NCBI GenBank assembly: GCA_951406725.2 | Contig: OX597820.1 | Span: forward strand, 52,886,001 to 52,950,000 | DNA: 64,000 nt | Reading direction: 5' to 3' | Source: Octopus vulgaris | Taxonomy: Eukaryota | Part shown: in pieces, positions 25,795 to 39,608 of the stretch | Layout: each line of letters starts with the position of its first letter | Position numbering within the stretch: position 1 is the stretch's first letter | The notes under the pieces: model-generated | What the model saw: the letters and a program-made list of their open reading frames with translations, nothing else | Database searches by the model: none | Told to the model about the DNA's origin: nothing | Program-made: the position numbers and the translations under genes

Positions 25795-28440
25795 TTACTT
25801 CTCTCTCAGTCTGAATGTTAAAGTCCCACAACAACTTGTATTTCTTGCTTTCTAGTACTTTACTAGGTTCATGTTCATACCACTTATCAGTACAGTAAAT
25901 CCTAGCTTTCTACATAATTCTAAGTGGATTAGTCTGCCTAGGTTATCATGTCTTCTCTTGCATTCTTTCTGTGCCAGCATGCTACATTCACTTACTATAT
26001 GAGTAACACCTTCCTCTTTTTATTTGCATAATCTACTTTGGGAACCTACTTGGTTTTTGTCTATCTTGGCTTTTATCCAATTAGTCCTTAATACTTGATC
26101 CTGTGCTGCTACTAACAAACACCCTGTCTCCCCTTTTCAGCTTTCCTTTCTGCAACCATAATCATATCTCACTACTACTGCTTGTTTGCAACTACCTTCA
26201 GGAATCTATCATGCAATGCCTTCTCCTGCCAGTTAAATAATTTCTCTTCTTTTTCTGGTTTTTAACTTCGTTTGTTTTTATTTTTTATTATTTTTTGTTT
26301 CCTTATGTCTTGCTGTGACTCTAGCAGCTTTCATAAACTTACTTCACTATTTACCTATGTAGGAGTCTATATCTATTCTAGCTAACTCCAAGCAGTTTTC
26401 TTTTGATATTAACCATCTTCCGGCAACCCTCTTCAGCCTTCTTTTTTAGATAAGTATAATCTTACTACTTCTGCCCTTGGGTGTAGTCCTCCGTTCATAT
26501 TGAATTCCTTCTTTGTTCTTCTGTCTAGCTTTGCTAATTCAGTTTTTGTCCTATCTACAAAAACTGCTGAGTATCTAAGTAATGATACTGCCCAAGAATT
26601 TACAGACTTTACTAGATTTGGGCCATTTAACTTTGACTTCATTAGATTCCTCATCCTTCTGATGTACTCCTCAATTTTCGTTTTCATTTCTATAGTTAAT
26701 ACTTTGTCACCTAGTTACACCTAGTTACTTATAACTCTCTCCTCCTTGCAATGATTTTAAGGTCTGGCCATCTCGTAATTGGATGGCATCGCTGTTGATT
26801 ACCTGTCACCTTCTCATGACTAATATTGCACATTTGCCAAATTCCATGTCTATATCTTTGCTGAAGAATCTTACAGTCTGTATTACGGAATCTATCTCTT
26901 TTTCATTCTTATTAAAAAGTTTCAGATCATCCATGTAGAGCAAATGGTTAATTTTTCCCTTACTATTTCTGAACTGATACCTTGCCTCTGCCTTCCTTAA
27001 TACTAAACTGAGGAGGATCAAATGTTAAAGGGGACAACGAGATCCCCTGGAAAATTCCTCGTTTGATAGTAACATTCACTAAGACTGTGTCACCTGAGCA
27101 GAGATCTACTTTACATTTCTTCATACTAAAGCTGATTAATTCTCTTATGTTGTCTGCTATACCTAATATATTAAAAAAGTCCCTTATCCATGAGTGTGGG
27201 ATCATGTCATAGACTTTCCTATAATCTATCCATGCTGTTGTTAGATTTTTCTTTCTAGCTTTTACTTCATTTAGAACTGCTTTTTCTATGTATAATAAAT
27301 CATTCGTTCCTCTTGCCTTCTTCCTGCAACCTTTCTGTTCTTCTGACAGTAAATTCTGGCTGTCAAGATGCTCGTAAATGCTTTCTGAAAGCATTCTTGT
27401 TAACAATTTCTACACTAATGGTAGGCAAGTGATTGTCTTATAGTTGCTAATTGTATTACCCTTGCTCTTATTCTTCATAATGAGTATTGTCCTCCGTTTA
27501 GTCTATTAAGGTAATCCTGAAGTTGTTCTCGCTAGTAAACTACCAAATTTCTTTAGCCAGTAACCTTGAACTAAATTTGGTCCTGGGCCCTTCCAATAGC
27601 GGCGTTTTCACCGCTTCATCACAAGAATAATAATGCAAAATACCTACTTCTGCTATGACACACTGTTTCACCTCTTGTATTACTGTTCCAAATCCTTTCT
27701 CTTTGACTAAATATCTTTTCTCAAGGGAATATTTGCATCTTGCGTTTAACTAGTTCAGTTTTTAGGTTTCCATTATACTCAGATCTTGTTTTAAAGACTA
27801 CATATTATTTTGTAGTCTCCTTTTCCACATTTGCTCTTTTTTAATCTTTCCCTGTGAGATATTAATCTTCTAGTAACTACTGCTCCTCCTGCATAGTGTC
27901 TCCTATATTTTTAGTATCTATCCTACTGATAACCGAATCTACTTTCCTAGTCATATCTAGCAGCTTCCTTCTGTTGATGCTGTTTAATCCTGGTAATCTT
28001 TTTCTTACTTCTTTACTCATTACTTCCTGCAAATCATCTAAAATCTTCTGATCTTCCTCACTTAAATCACTTAAGTCGCCGGTGGCAGTTGTACCTTCCT
28101 GATTGGTAGCGCTACTATTATTATTTTTTCTTTAGGGTTCTTCTTTGGTTTGACCTGTATATCTTTTTTTTTGCCTTTCCTACTGCCTGGTCTTTCTTTT
28201 CCCGTTCTCTTGTGATCTCTTCTACCTCCATTTCTGTCATCCACTTTCATCTTCTAATAGCTTTAACTTGATCTACTAATCTCTCCTCAGTCGCTTTAAA
28301 CATACCCTTCTCTATCAAAAGAGCTGACATCCGTTTTCTATAGCCCCTTCTTTCAGGTTCACTTTCTGAGTAGCACTGCATTACTATCCTGTTTTCTTCG
28401 CTGGTCCAATTCATCCTGCTTACTCTGATGATAGCAGCTG
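25795..28440 (-). mobile_element. R4/Dong-clade non-LTR retrotransposon (RT + CCHC + RLE), decayed and 3'-truncated
   Basis: N-terminal WTSEENRIVMQCY..RGYRKRM; RT motifs EEQKGCRK, AWIDYRK.YD, RGIFQG.SLSPL and HLLYMDDLKL; zinc knuckle RLC..HIVSEC, then RRHD and KLLWDFNIQT. Confidence 0.88.
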
Positions 28441-28506
28441 TGGTCATCATCATCATCATCATCATCACCATCCTTCTAATCTTCCTCTTCATCATTATTA
28501 TTATTA

Positions 28507-28760
28507 TTTTGTTAATCTACTTCATTTTGGTTAATATAGAAAAGATTGAAGTAGCTCCTCCTGAATATATATAGTCAAAATTAAAAGAAGAGTGATTTTG
28601 ACCCTATATCTTCCGGAGGAGTTACCTCAATCCTTTTTATATCAACCAAAATGAAGTAGATTGACAAAATTATTTTCTGAAACAGTTGAAGGCACACAAG
28701 ATGTCGAAATATCGTTCACTAGATAACAATGGCACTCCTATTTTAATTTGAACTTTATTA
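28507..28760. mobile_element. short fold-back element with degenerate hammerhead-like motif (28678-28718)
   Basis: Inverted arms at about 28507-28570 and 28605-28670. Downstream TGAA-CAGTTGA-A-GGCA/TGTC-GAAA...TTCA. Confidence 0.55.
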
Positions 28761-28783
28761 TTATTATTATCATTTTTTTGTTT

Positions 28784-29415
28784 TGAATTCAAATTCCTAC
28801 GAGGTCGACTGCCTTCCATTCTTTCAGGGTCGATAAATTATGTACCAGTAAGAAACTGGGGTCGATGTAATCGACTAATCCTCTCCCCCAAATTTCAAAC
28901 ATTGTGCCTATAGTAGAAAATATTCTCATAATTATTATCATTGTTGTTGTTTTTATTATTATTAAGAACGCAGTGAGATGACTGAATCGTAAACGCATCC
29001 TGCAAAATGATTATTGCCATTTCATCAGTCTTTACGTCGGCCTCAAAAGAATTTGAAGAGTTCAAATTCTGTTGAGGTCGACTTTACCTTTCATCCTTTC
29101 AGGGTCGATAAAATAAGTTCCTGTCGAGTACTGGGGTCGATGTCATTGATTTACTACCTCAATTGAAGTTGCTGGCCTTATGCCAGAATTTGAAACCTTA
29201 TTATCATTAAGGCGGCGAGCTGGTAGAATCGTAAGCACAACGGTCAAATTTTTAATGACATATAGTCCTTTTTTCCTTTCACAGAGATCGACCTTGCCTT
29301 TCAACCTTCAGGGTTCGATAACATAAGTACCAGTTGATTATTGAAGTCGATGTAATAGACTTGACTCGACAACTCGCCGAAATTGCTGTTCCTGAGCCAA
29401 AATCTTAAACCAATT
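28784..29415 (+). mobile_element. cluster of three SINE family B copies (28784-28925, 28969-29200, 29211-29415)
   Basis: Repeated GAGGTCGAC..CCTTTCATCCTTTCAGGGTCGATAAA blocks separated by (ATT)n. Confidence 0.8.
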
Positions 29416-30693
29416 TATTGAAACAATTATCAGTTGTTGTTGTCTAGATCCTGATGTAGACAGCAATCTTGATCAAGGTGACTTACAATCGAAGGTATTC
29501 CAGGTGTGACCAACCCTTTCCCTTTTCCAACATATGATATGACTACATTCCTTATTTAAGGAATGACTACATTTCTTATTTAAAGTGGTCCACTTTCAAT
29601 CAAAGTACCGTATGATATGAAGAAAATTTGATGCACTTTCTAGGTGTCTGTTCATTTTAAGTGTCTGAGGCCATAATTTTATATTACTGAAGAGAGATAA
29701 ATGCATCCTGAAATAGGAATCCAGTCTTTCTCAAGCATATTTTTTGGCACTGACAGATGACACACGATGAAAAACCTTTAAGATTAGCAAGTACAACAAC
29801 AAACTCATGAGCGATGATAGGTAAAAGAACATGAAGCTATCGCAATATAAATAACAAAACAACAACAATAGTCATAACAACAATTACAAGAGTTTATATC
29901 TCAACAGTTTATCAGCATCCGGATGTTGTGATAGCTGTGTGATAAGAAATTTCTTTCGTTCTTTCGGTGAGAATAACAAGTTTCTATTTCCTACTGATTC
30001 TGCTTTCATTTTCCTTAACTTACTTGATTTCAGAAATGAATGAATTTTACAAAATCATGGTCGACTCTTCTGTACTGAGGAATATTTTTTTTCAATAAAC
30101 TCTTATATTAATAGGTTATACAAGAATTTTCTATTCTCATTTTTGATTCCTACAGTTTAACTTCCCTGACGTCATTGGTACTATTGAAAATACCATTCAC
30201 CTTACGCAGCTGCAAATTTTCTTCCATTATAAATCCGAGCCATTGTGTTCATGCGAGAATTCTATATATTATCTTTGGATTAACAGAAAAAGAAACACCC
30301 ACAGAAATACAGTTTAAGAAAGATTAAGCTAAGACGAAGTAATCAGTGGTGAAATATAAGAATTCTGATACAAGCAAAGGTAAACTCGATGACATTGTTA
30401 ATATCTTGTTTATCGCACAACATGGGAAACATTAACCCTTACATAAGCACGTACAAAAAATGTACACTATATAGACGCACACATAGAGGCGCATATATAT
30501 ATATATATATAGGCATATGTGTGTGTGCATGTATGTATCTATCGCTCTGTCTGTCTGTCTGTCTCTCTTTTTATACATACATATATATATATACATATAA
30601 ATATATATAAATATATATACATATATATAAGTATATATATATACATATATATATACGCATATATATATAAGCATATATATATATATATACATT

Positions 30694-30735
<42 letters not shown>

Positions 30736-30789
30736 TATATGCATATATATGCATATATATATATACACACATATATATATGCATATATA

Positions 30790-30890
<101 letters not shown>

Positions 30891-32810
30891 GGTGGGCGAG
30901 ATAATATAGCAATGAAAATACAACGTTATCTGCAAAATTGTTCCCAGTTGACTGATAGTGTTATTTTAACATACAGCCTAAGTTGAAACCCGTTATAGTG
31001 ACGAAAGCCATTTCTGATGATTGAAGATACAATCCAGTAACTGACATTAAACAAAGTGAATTGTGTTGAAAAACAACCAACACATCACCCACTCGACTAA
31101 CTAGCGATATATATCGGGTAAAAAAAAAAACATGGGCAGTAGCTTTCAAAAAACTGAAACAATGAAAGTATTTCAACATGAACAAAAATAATAGCGAAAT
31201 GTAATTGATGCCACACTTCAAATTTATGGCCGTGTAGCGAAATAGCTAAGAAGCATTCATTTCCCCAGGTTTTTTTTTAGTGAACTATTTACCCTGCAAA
31301 TATTTTAGTAGTTGATAGGTGAAAACAATCTCATAAATACCACTGTTTTCTGTTTGCTTACTCTTAGAAAGTATGAAGATTGCTAATATTTCCTTCAAAC
31401 TTAGCTTTTCTTACATTTATTCAAATACCAAATCATGGCTATGATGCTCCCCCACTACTACTGCTCATGATCAGAAATGCACATATTGTCTGTCACTAAG
31501 AGATATATACTGAAGTCGTCAACGTCAAACAAATGACAAGCAGATCTGTGGAATTGAACAGAATATTTGCCATAACGATATTTCTGCTTCAGCATCTCTG
31601 CGTTTAATCTGAAATGTAATGGAAATTGGGTCAGTTTCAAAATATTGATGACCAGTTTACAAAGGCAATGTTTGAAGGGAAGAGTAATCATTTCCTTTGA
31701 TTTCTAGACAGAAGCAAATAGGAAATAAAACTTACTGACCAAAGCCAAAAAAAGAAATTAAGTTTAGTTTCACTGGGCAAATTGATCTATCAGCTACCAT
31801 TAAATTCAAACCACAACGGACGGAGTGGATTGCTTTGAACTCGACGATTTTACAACTAACGGAGACAATACTCGCATATCGCCTGAGGAAACACAACTAG
31901 ATCTCATACAACCGAACAGTTGATAAATTAAATACCTGTATTTCTGGAGAACTACGTTGCGTCCAAACATTATTACATATACTATACGTTACTCGTTTCA
32001 TTCAAATTATAAGTATGCAAATGTATATCATAATCTTTTTAGTTTTTGTCGAAGTGTGATGAATTTTAAATTTGCTAAATGAAAAAATATCAATTTCGAA
32101 TAAGGAAGTCTTAATAAGTTAATCAAAAGTAATTTCTGCACGAATTGATTTCATATTCGGTGTAATGATATGTTTTTATATGCTAATCACTGTTTTGAAA
32201 TTCATTTTCGCCATAAATCGATAAATAAAAGTTATTAGCTTTTAAAGTTTACAAATTTTGAGCCAACCGTAAGTTACAGACACGTTTATGCCTCTTTCCG
32301 TAGTAACAAGTCAAGCATGGGAACTCTTTTTTCTGCTAGAAGGCACGTGCTGACAAACATATTCCAGTCATTGAGGTGGCAGTCAGATATGCTAAAAATA
32401 ACAGCTAAATAGCCCTTAAATCACGCACCAATTTTTTGTTGTTTTATTTGGGATAATCGCATGAACTCCCATTTGTAGAATATAAATTCGCAAAATTTTT
32501 TTTTAAATTCCAAAATCTAAAGAAGTTATGAGGGGTTCTATGGCATATCTAAAGCAAAATTTCATTCTTTTACAGGTGACAACTCGTGCTGTCACGCACA
32601 AAATGACAACTTCGAAATCCTGTTTTCTGACTGGGGGAAATTATCAAATTTTAAACCTCTAAAATATTTTTTTAAAATCTTTCTGGAAAAAGTGAAATAT
32701 CTCCAGAAATTACATTAATTTTGGAGATTAACTACATTAATTCACATTTTAAAATGTTCTCTAAAGTTTAAATTTTCGAAAATTAGCAGCCAAACTTAAA
32801 AGATCCGAAA

Positions 32811-33024
32811 CTCTTTACTTGTTTCAGTAATTTGACTGTAGCCATGCTGGAGCACCGCCTTTAGTCGAGCAAGTCGACCCCCAAGACTTATTCTTTGGAA
32901 ACCTAGTACTTATTCTATCAGTCACTTTTTGCCGAACTGCTAAGTTACAGGGAGGTAAACACACCAGCATCGGTTGTCAAGCGATGTTGGGGGAACAAAC
33001 ACAGACACACAAACATACACACAC

Positions 33025-33091
<67 letters not shown>

Positions 33092-33244
33092 CGGCGGGCC
33101 TCTTTCAGTTTCCGACTACGAAATCCAGTCCCAAGACTTTGGTCGGCCCGAGGCTATAGTAGAAGACACTTGCCCAAGGTACTACGCAGTGGGACTGAAC
33201 CCAGAACTATGTCGTTGGTAGGCAAGCTACTTACCACACAGCCA
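32811..33244 (-). mobile_element. SINE family A, near full length
   Basis: Reverse complement of the 624-1040 type. Confidence 0.9.
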
Positions 33245-33249
33245 AAGAC

Positions 33250-34720
33250 AGACATATCCGGGACTCTGAATAAGTAGCCAATTCAGTACCAAGAAGTAGC
33301 CAAGCAACCATTAAAAATTATTTTCAAAGCGGTCAGATTCTGTGGTAGGCAAGGCCTAACATTACAAGGGCATGAACATGACACAGAAAACTTCGTATAT
33401 AAGAACTTGCTGAAAATGCAGTGCAGAAGTAAGTCAGTGGCTTAAAAGTCGAAATAATTTCCTATCTGATACCATACAAAATGAAATCCTACAGGCATAT
33501 TCTCATAAAATCTTGCATAAGGTAAAAAATAGTTGAAGATTTCATTTTTATTGGTATTATATGTGATGGCACCTCTGATTGCTCTGACATGAAACAAGAA
33601 TCAATCATTATCCGTTATGTTTCTGAAGATCTAGATACCTACAAAGATTTTCTCGCTTTTTATAATCCTCCTCACTGGACCTCAGAGTCACTAAGTTTAT
33701 TCTGGACGATTTTTGCCGCATAAACATTTCACTTGGCTCAAAATTATGCTAATTTCCAATTGATGGTGCAAGTACTTTGGGTGGAAACATTTCAGGCATA
33801 CAAAAGAGGTTAAAAGACATGTATCCTGGTACATATTTTGTACATTATGGAACCCGCTCTCTGGACCTTGTCCTCCAAGAAGTTGACTCTACGCTTGACT
33901 TTGTAGCTGATGTACCAAACTTTGTTTACCAATGTGCCATTCCTCCGAAAGAGTCACCACAAAGAAAAGTGGCGCAATGGACAAGCCTTTGTCGTGAGAA
34001 GGTCGTGTTGTAAGCCGTGTATCCAACTTGTTGGTGCATTAGAGCAACATCACTGAAACGGGTAGAAAGCAACTATAAGATTAAGAATTTCTTGCTGGTG
34101 TTTCTGAATGATATATCGCTGTGATCAACAACAAAGGCTTCTGTCGAATGACTGCTGAAACAATCTATCAAAGCTTCCACTCTTTTTGGTATTATGGTAG
34201 TTGGGAATGTATCTGTAATATGTGAATCTGTAGCATGCAGCTTACAGCGTCCAGGCACACCAACCGGTGACTACTTAAAGCTGATCAAGAAGTCTCTTTC
34301 AACTCTCTTTCAAAAAATGAAAAATGAGAAAGTTTTTGAAAACTATTTCGGAAAAAATTATCCTCAGCTGACTTTCTGAAAATGCCTAACATTTTTCGTT
34401 CCAAGAATAGACTACTGCGCTTCAGACATACTGCTACTGAAGATGGTGCTCTTTCTGTCATCATTGAGTGGCATCGGCAATTTTTCAGCATCTTTGACGA
34501 CGTCGAAAATTAATTGAATCATCGCTTGCAGCAAGAAGGAATGCGCATATGCTCTGAGCGAGAGTACTTGCAGTCATCGGCAGTCAGCTCTGGGACGGTT
34601 GAACTTGCAAATGCATACCTGCTTTTTCTGGTTACTTGCCCTTACTGTCATCTCAAATCAAACTCCTTACTTCCTGTGGACGGAAAAAGAAACTTTGCCC
34701 ATATAATTGCAGGACATTGT
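33250..34720 (+). pseudogene. hAT transposase relic (ZMYM1/DUF4371-like)
   Basis: KAVRFCGRQGL.LQGH, IICDGTSDCSDMKQESIIIRYV, DGAST.GGNISGIQKRLK...FVH....LDLVLQE. Many stops and frameshifts. Confidence 0.8.
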
Positions 34721-35009
34721 TGAAAAACGGAGAACTTCTGACGTTGTTATTTATTCTAGCAAGCGTTGATGCTAATACAGCTTATTCTGTCTCGTACATA
34801 TGAAAAAGTACTTCAAATCATTACAAAAAATTTTCTACCTTCGTTTTGGCAATGAAACTTTCCATGAGGATGTGCAAAGTATTTTCATTGCACAAATTTT
34901 TATGCACATGTATCATGGCATATATAAATGTCAAAATAATATTTTAAAATTATTATTTTTCTAAAACTTTTTGGTAGAATATTCAATGAGTAAATAAATA
35001 ATTGTTTTT

Positions 35010-36989
35010 CATTTTCAGAATCTGCTTTCTTCACACATTGTTATGAGTATAAAAGAAAAATAGATACTGAGTGTCGTTTTTTTCAATGAAGAATGGAGGG
35101 AAAAGTACTTATTTGTGGAAGCAAACAAGCAAAAAACTAGCTGCATGATATGCAAAAAAGTGTTGCCGTTTTGAAAGAGCACAATCTTCGGGTCCTTCTG
35201 AATCAAAATATCTGTCAACATATTTCGATGTTTTCTGGAAAGCTACGTTCTGAGAAATTTAATTGAATGAAACGTAGTTTGCAGTCTCAAAGGAATCTCT
35301 TCACGAGAATGCTTTCTGAAAATCAATGTCACTCGTACAAGTTACAAAATATTGCATAAGATGATGGTGCGAGGAAAACAGTTTACTGACGGCAGCTGCA
35401 TCAAAGAGTGTATGATGGAAGCAGCAAATGACTTGTTGTCCTGAGAAAGCTGATTTGTTTTAAGAAGTTCAGTAGTGAGGAGAACAGAGAGAACATAGTG
35501 CTACAGATACGCGAGAAAGCTTGGAACTTCTTGTGGTATTCTCTGGCGCTGGATGAGTTTACTTTTCTCTCGAGTACGTCACAACTTCTCGTGCTCATTT
35601 GTGGTGTTAATTTGGACTTTTAGATCACAGAAGGGTTTGCATCTGTATGCAGCATGCACAGAAAAACAACTGGAGAAGACATTTTCATGGAAGTGCAGAA
35701 AACTTTTCAAGGTGATGACTAACCTTCAATGGAATCAGCTTCGATGTGTTACAGTTGATGGAAGAAAAAACATGGCTAGAGTGAGGAAGGATCTGGTGGG
35801 GAAGAGCGAGACTAAACTGGATTGTTCAGTTGCTCAGTTTATATACTACATTATACATCAACAAGCACTCTGTGGGAAAGACTTAGACACTTCTTATGTA
35901 CTGAAACCAGTCGTTTCCAGGCTTTTCTTGAAGAAATTGATTCTGAATTCTGTGACTTGCCTTATTACACAGTAGTGAGGTGGCTCAGCTGCGGTAAAGT
36001 TCTGTTTCAATTTTATACGCTCAGAAGAAAAATAGAATATATTTTTTTCTCACCAAAATAGATAGAGCTGATCCATTTCTGTCAGATCTTAGCTGGCTGT
36101 CATTTTTGGTTGACATCACATCCCACATGAATACATTGAACTTGAAATTTCAGAGAAAGGATAACCTCATCTGTGATTTCTACAGAATCGTCAAAGGATT
36201 TCGCAGAAAGCTATCCTTGTTTGAAGCACATCTGGAAGGAGGAAACAGCTTTCACTTTCAGTGATTCAAAAAGTTTCGCGCTAGAATCGCAGATGTCAAC
36301 CTCGAGTTTTCTAAGAAGATTATTCGTAATTTAAATAAGAATTTTTGGAGATATTCTCAGCTCTCTGCAGAATTGAGAGTGACATTCTTCTGTTCCAGAA
36401 TCCGTTTGATTGTAATATTGAGGACGTGCCAGTCAAACTACAGTTGGAGCTTATTGATTTACAAGCAAATGACTTGTTGAAAGAGAAGCATAGGAAAGGA
36501 AAGCCTGTTGAATTTTATAGATGCTTACCTAATGATGAATTTTCACATTTGAAGAAATTTGCCTCTGGTATGGCATCAGTGTTTGGAACAACTTATGCCT
36601 GTGAAGAAACAGTTTCGAAAATGAAGTATGTGAAGTCAGCGCATCGAACGAGGTTGACTCACGAACATTTGAAAGCAATTCTCTTGGCTGGATGCAACAA
36701 TTCCATAGCAAATATTGATGATATCATCAAAGCTAATCACCAGTTCCACAAATCTCATTAACCTCTTTTGCTGCTTAGCTTGTGAGATTCGGATATGTGC
36801 GTACTGGGTGTGATATGTCTTATTGCTAATGTCTCCTTCTTTGATAACTTCTTGGTAAATAAATATGTTGGTTGTCTTTAACTTTTGTGTATTCACTGTA
36901 TTGTATTGAACAAAATGGTTATGGGGCCCGCGCTCGTCATTCTCTCAATAAATCTGGCCCGCGGTGAAAAAAATTTTGGGTACTCCTTG
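35010..36989 (+). mobile_element. hAT Charlie/Buster/SPIN-type (GTF2IRD2-like) transposon, decayed
   Basis: FNEEWREKYLF BED-like start, YSLALDE, VTVDG.KNM, IIHQQALC, VRWLSCGKVL, FGTTYACE..S.MK..KS.HR.RLT. Subterminal GGCCCGCG motifs and a TIR-like end near 36989. Confidence 0.88.
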
Positions 36990-37460
36990 ACCTAAATTAT
37001 CAATCGAGCGGCGATAATGTTTCATAATATGATAACTTGTCATGTTGATGCCCACAAGTGCAATATAATGAGGGAGATAACCTTTACATGTCGCCCAAAA
37101 ATAACATTTCGTTTGAAACGACAAACTAACCTATCACCTACATATAATATATACATTAATTATACGTCGCCCACAGAAATATATTAAGCAAAAATCGTTT
37201 AAACTATCACTTAGTAATATGATGACGTCAATGTAATCTAATGATAAAAATGACTATTTTATAAAACAAGTTTAAGTTCTGACATATAAATAAATACATT
37301 TACTGTTAGTGTTAGTTTTCGATGTTATCTGAAGATTCACAAATATCAACGCATTTTTACAACGACTTAACTTTCCTTTCGTTCATATAAACATTTTAGT
37401 ATGAAACCACCATTAGCCACTCAACGACACATGGCATATATAGATCTATATAAATATATA

Positions 37461-37714
37461 CGAGGTGTGCAAAAGAAGGTATACAGGAAGTAACACAGAC
37501 ATGTTATAATATTTAATTCATTAAAATTAATAGCACATTAAATTATTCAGCCTCATTTTTGATATTTTCAGTGTCATTAATCATAATAATGCATTTATCA
37601 TAACTATAATAATACTTTTATCGTAAATTTTAATTATTTTGATAAAAACAAATGAGTATTGGACGAGTTGTTTTCTATTTTCATAACTGTATACCTACTT
37701 TTTGCACCACCCTG
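37461..37714. mobile_element. Tc1/mariner-type MITE
   Basis: Imperfect TIRs (C.GG.G.TGCAAAA..AGGTATACAG) flanked by TA. Confidence 0.7.
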
Positions 37715-37751
37715 TATGTGTATATATATATATATATATATGATAGATCGA

Positions 37752-37919
37752 TAGCCACTACACACATGTTTTTCTTTCCTTGTTTTTTCTGTGTCCCTTT
37801 CTGTAGAAGAACGTAGGCTCGAAACGTAAAAAACTTTTTCTATTCCTGAGCATTATACTAATACATCTGTTTATTTTGTACGCCACCTGTCTACGTCTTT
37901 TGTTTTTTTCGTAAACTCT

Positions 37920-37923
<4 letters not shown>
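37752..37923 (+). mobile_element. short PLE pLTR-derived repeat with hammerhead-like motif (37797-37832)
   Basis: CTTT-CTGTAGA-A-GAAC-GTAG-GCTC-GAAAC-GTA-AAAA, ending in (TA)n. A sister copy lies at 39428. Confidence 0.65.
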
Positions 37924-37975
<52 letters not shown>

Positions 37976-38056
37976 TGGTAGATAGATAGATATACACACA
38001 TATATATGTATATATATATATAAATATCATTATACACACGCACACACATACACACA

Positions 38057-38112
<56 letters not shown>

Positions 38113-38113
<1 letters not shown>

Positions 38114-38325
38114 GAGGGGTACTAAGAGTTCCTGGTGTTAAGGTTATCGCCAAAAGCCTGGTTGGAAGCCCAACATTCGGAGTTCTTTTGCTGGACTAAG
38201 AAAATCTGCAGAATCGCTGCACTATGTATATCTGAGAAGGGAACATGTTGAATATAAGCATATTTATCTGGTCCGTCTATATATTTTCTTTTACCCAAAG
38301 CCAGGAACTTTTAAGCAACCCATAG
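38113..38325. mobile_element. mariner-type MITE
   Basis: Imperfect TIRs CGAGGGGTACTAAGAGTTCCTGG / CCAGGAACTTTTAAGCAACCCATAG flanked by TA. Confidence 0.7.
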
Positions 38326-38347
38326 TATGTATATGTTTGTGTGTGTA

Positions 38348-38427
<80 letters not shown>

Positions 38428-39148
38428 GAAAAAAAGAAAGCGGTAAGAGGAATGAAGGGAGGAATGAAAGAGAAGAGAACACGAAGGACAAGAAAGAAAG
38501 AGAAAACAAATGCAGAAAGAAAGAAGGAAAAAAAAAGAGGACGAAAGGAGGAGAGAAAGGAGATCTTTTTTTTCTTTTGTCATAAAAAAATATATATGTA
38601 TGTAAGTATGTAACAAACTTATCTCTAGCGAAAATATATAATTTGAAATAGAAACCATAGAAAAATGAATAGTAATTATCATAACAACATCTTAAAATAA
38701 TGATGTTAAAGTGATGAAATATATGTGAGTAGAAGAAAAATCTTCGCTTCCTATGAGTATCCGTAACAAATACATTAATCACAGCCTCTCTAAAGGTGAC
38801 TACTTCGCTGATGGTATGAAATAGATAACTTGATAGTTCAGCCACATAGTCTGAAGACATAGAATATAAAGTGCAAAATATAGAAAGTCAGAGCGGAAAA
38901 GTTACATTGACAAACAATTTTGCTTCTTTCACAAGGAAACTGACTCATGATCGCTCAACCAGGTGAAAATAGCAGACAAAACTCTCAAAAATAGTTATCT
39001 ACGGTTTTAAGTTAAGGCTACATTGAAGACTATATTACTCGATATAAGTACCTTTGTGTACATATACAAACATGCAAATATACATGCACACACATACACA
39101 TTCACACACACACACACACACGTATATATATATATATATATATATATT

Positions 39149-39369
39149 GATAGAAATGGTAAGACAACAAAAGAATGAAAGAGACCTCGATATTATGTAA
39201 ATAAAGGACTTTAACTATAAACATGATATGTGACAATTATTCGGTTGCCATGATAAAATCAGAGTTTCGGATGTCTGAGCGGAAACCCATTCCGGCTCTG
39301 GGTTTCCGCCGGACATCCGAAACTCGGAGTTTTATCATGGCTACCGAATAATTGTCACATATTATATTT

Positions 39370-39371
<2 letters not shown>
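39149..39371. mobile_element. fold-back PLE derivative, each arm with only the GAAAC half of a hammerhead
   Basis: Arms 39217-39289 and 39299-39371 with a 9-nt loop; CATCC-GAAACTC-G-GAGTT. Flanked by microsatellites. Confidence 0.65.
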
Positions 39372-39427
<56 letters not shown>

Positions 39428-39433
<6 letters not shown>

Positions 39434-39608
39434 AGTTTACGAAAAAAACAAAAGATGAAGACAGGTGGTGTACAAAACAAACAAATGTATTAGTATAACG
39501 CTCAGGAATAGAAAAAGTATTTTACGTTTCGAGCCTACTCTCTTCTACAGAAATGGACACAGAAAAGAAGGAGAGAAACAAGGAGAGAGAAAAATGTGTG
39601 TAGTGGCT
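39428..39608 (-). mobile_element. short PLE pLTR-derived repeat with hammerhead-like motif (39520-39553)
   Basis: Reverse complement of the 37752-37923 family. Confidence 0.65.
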
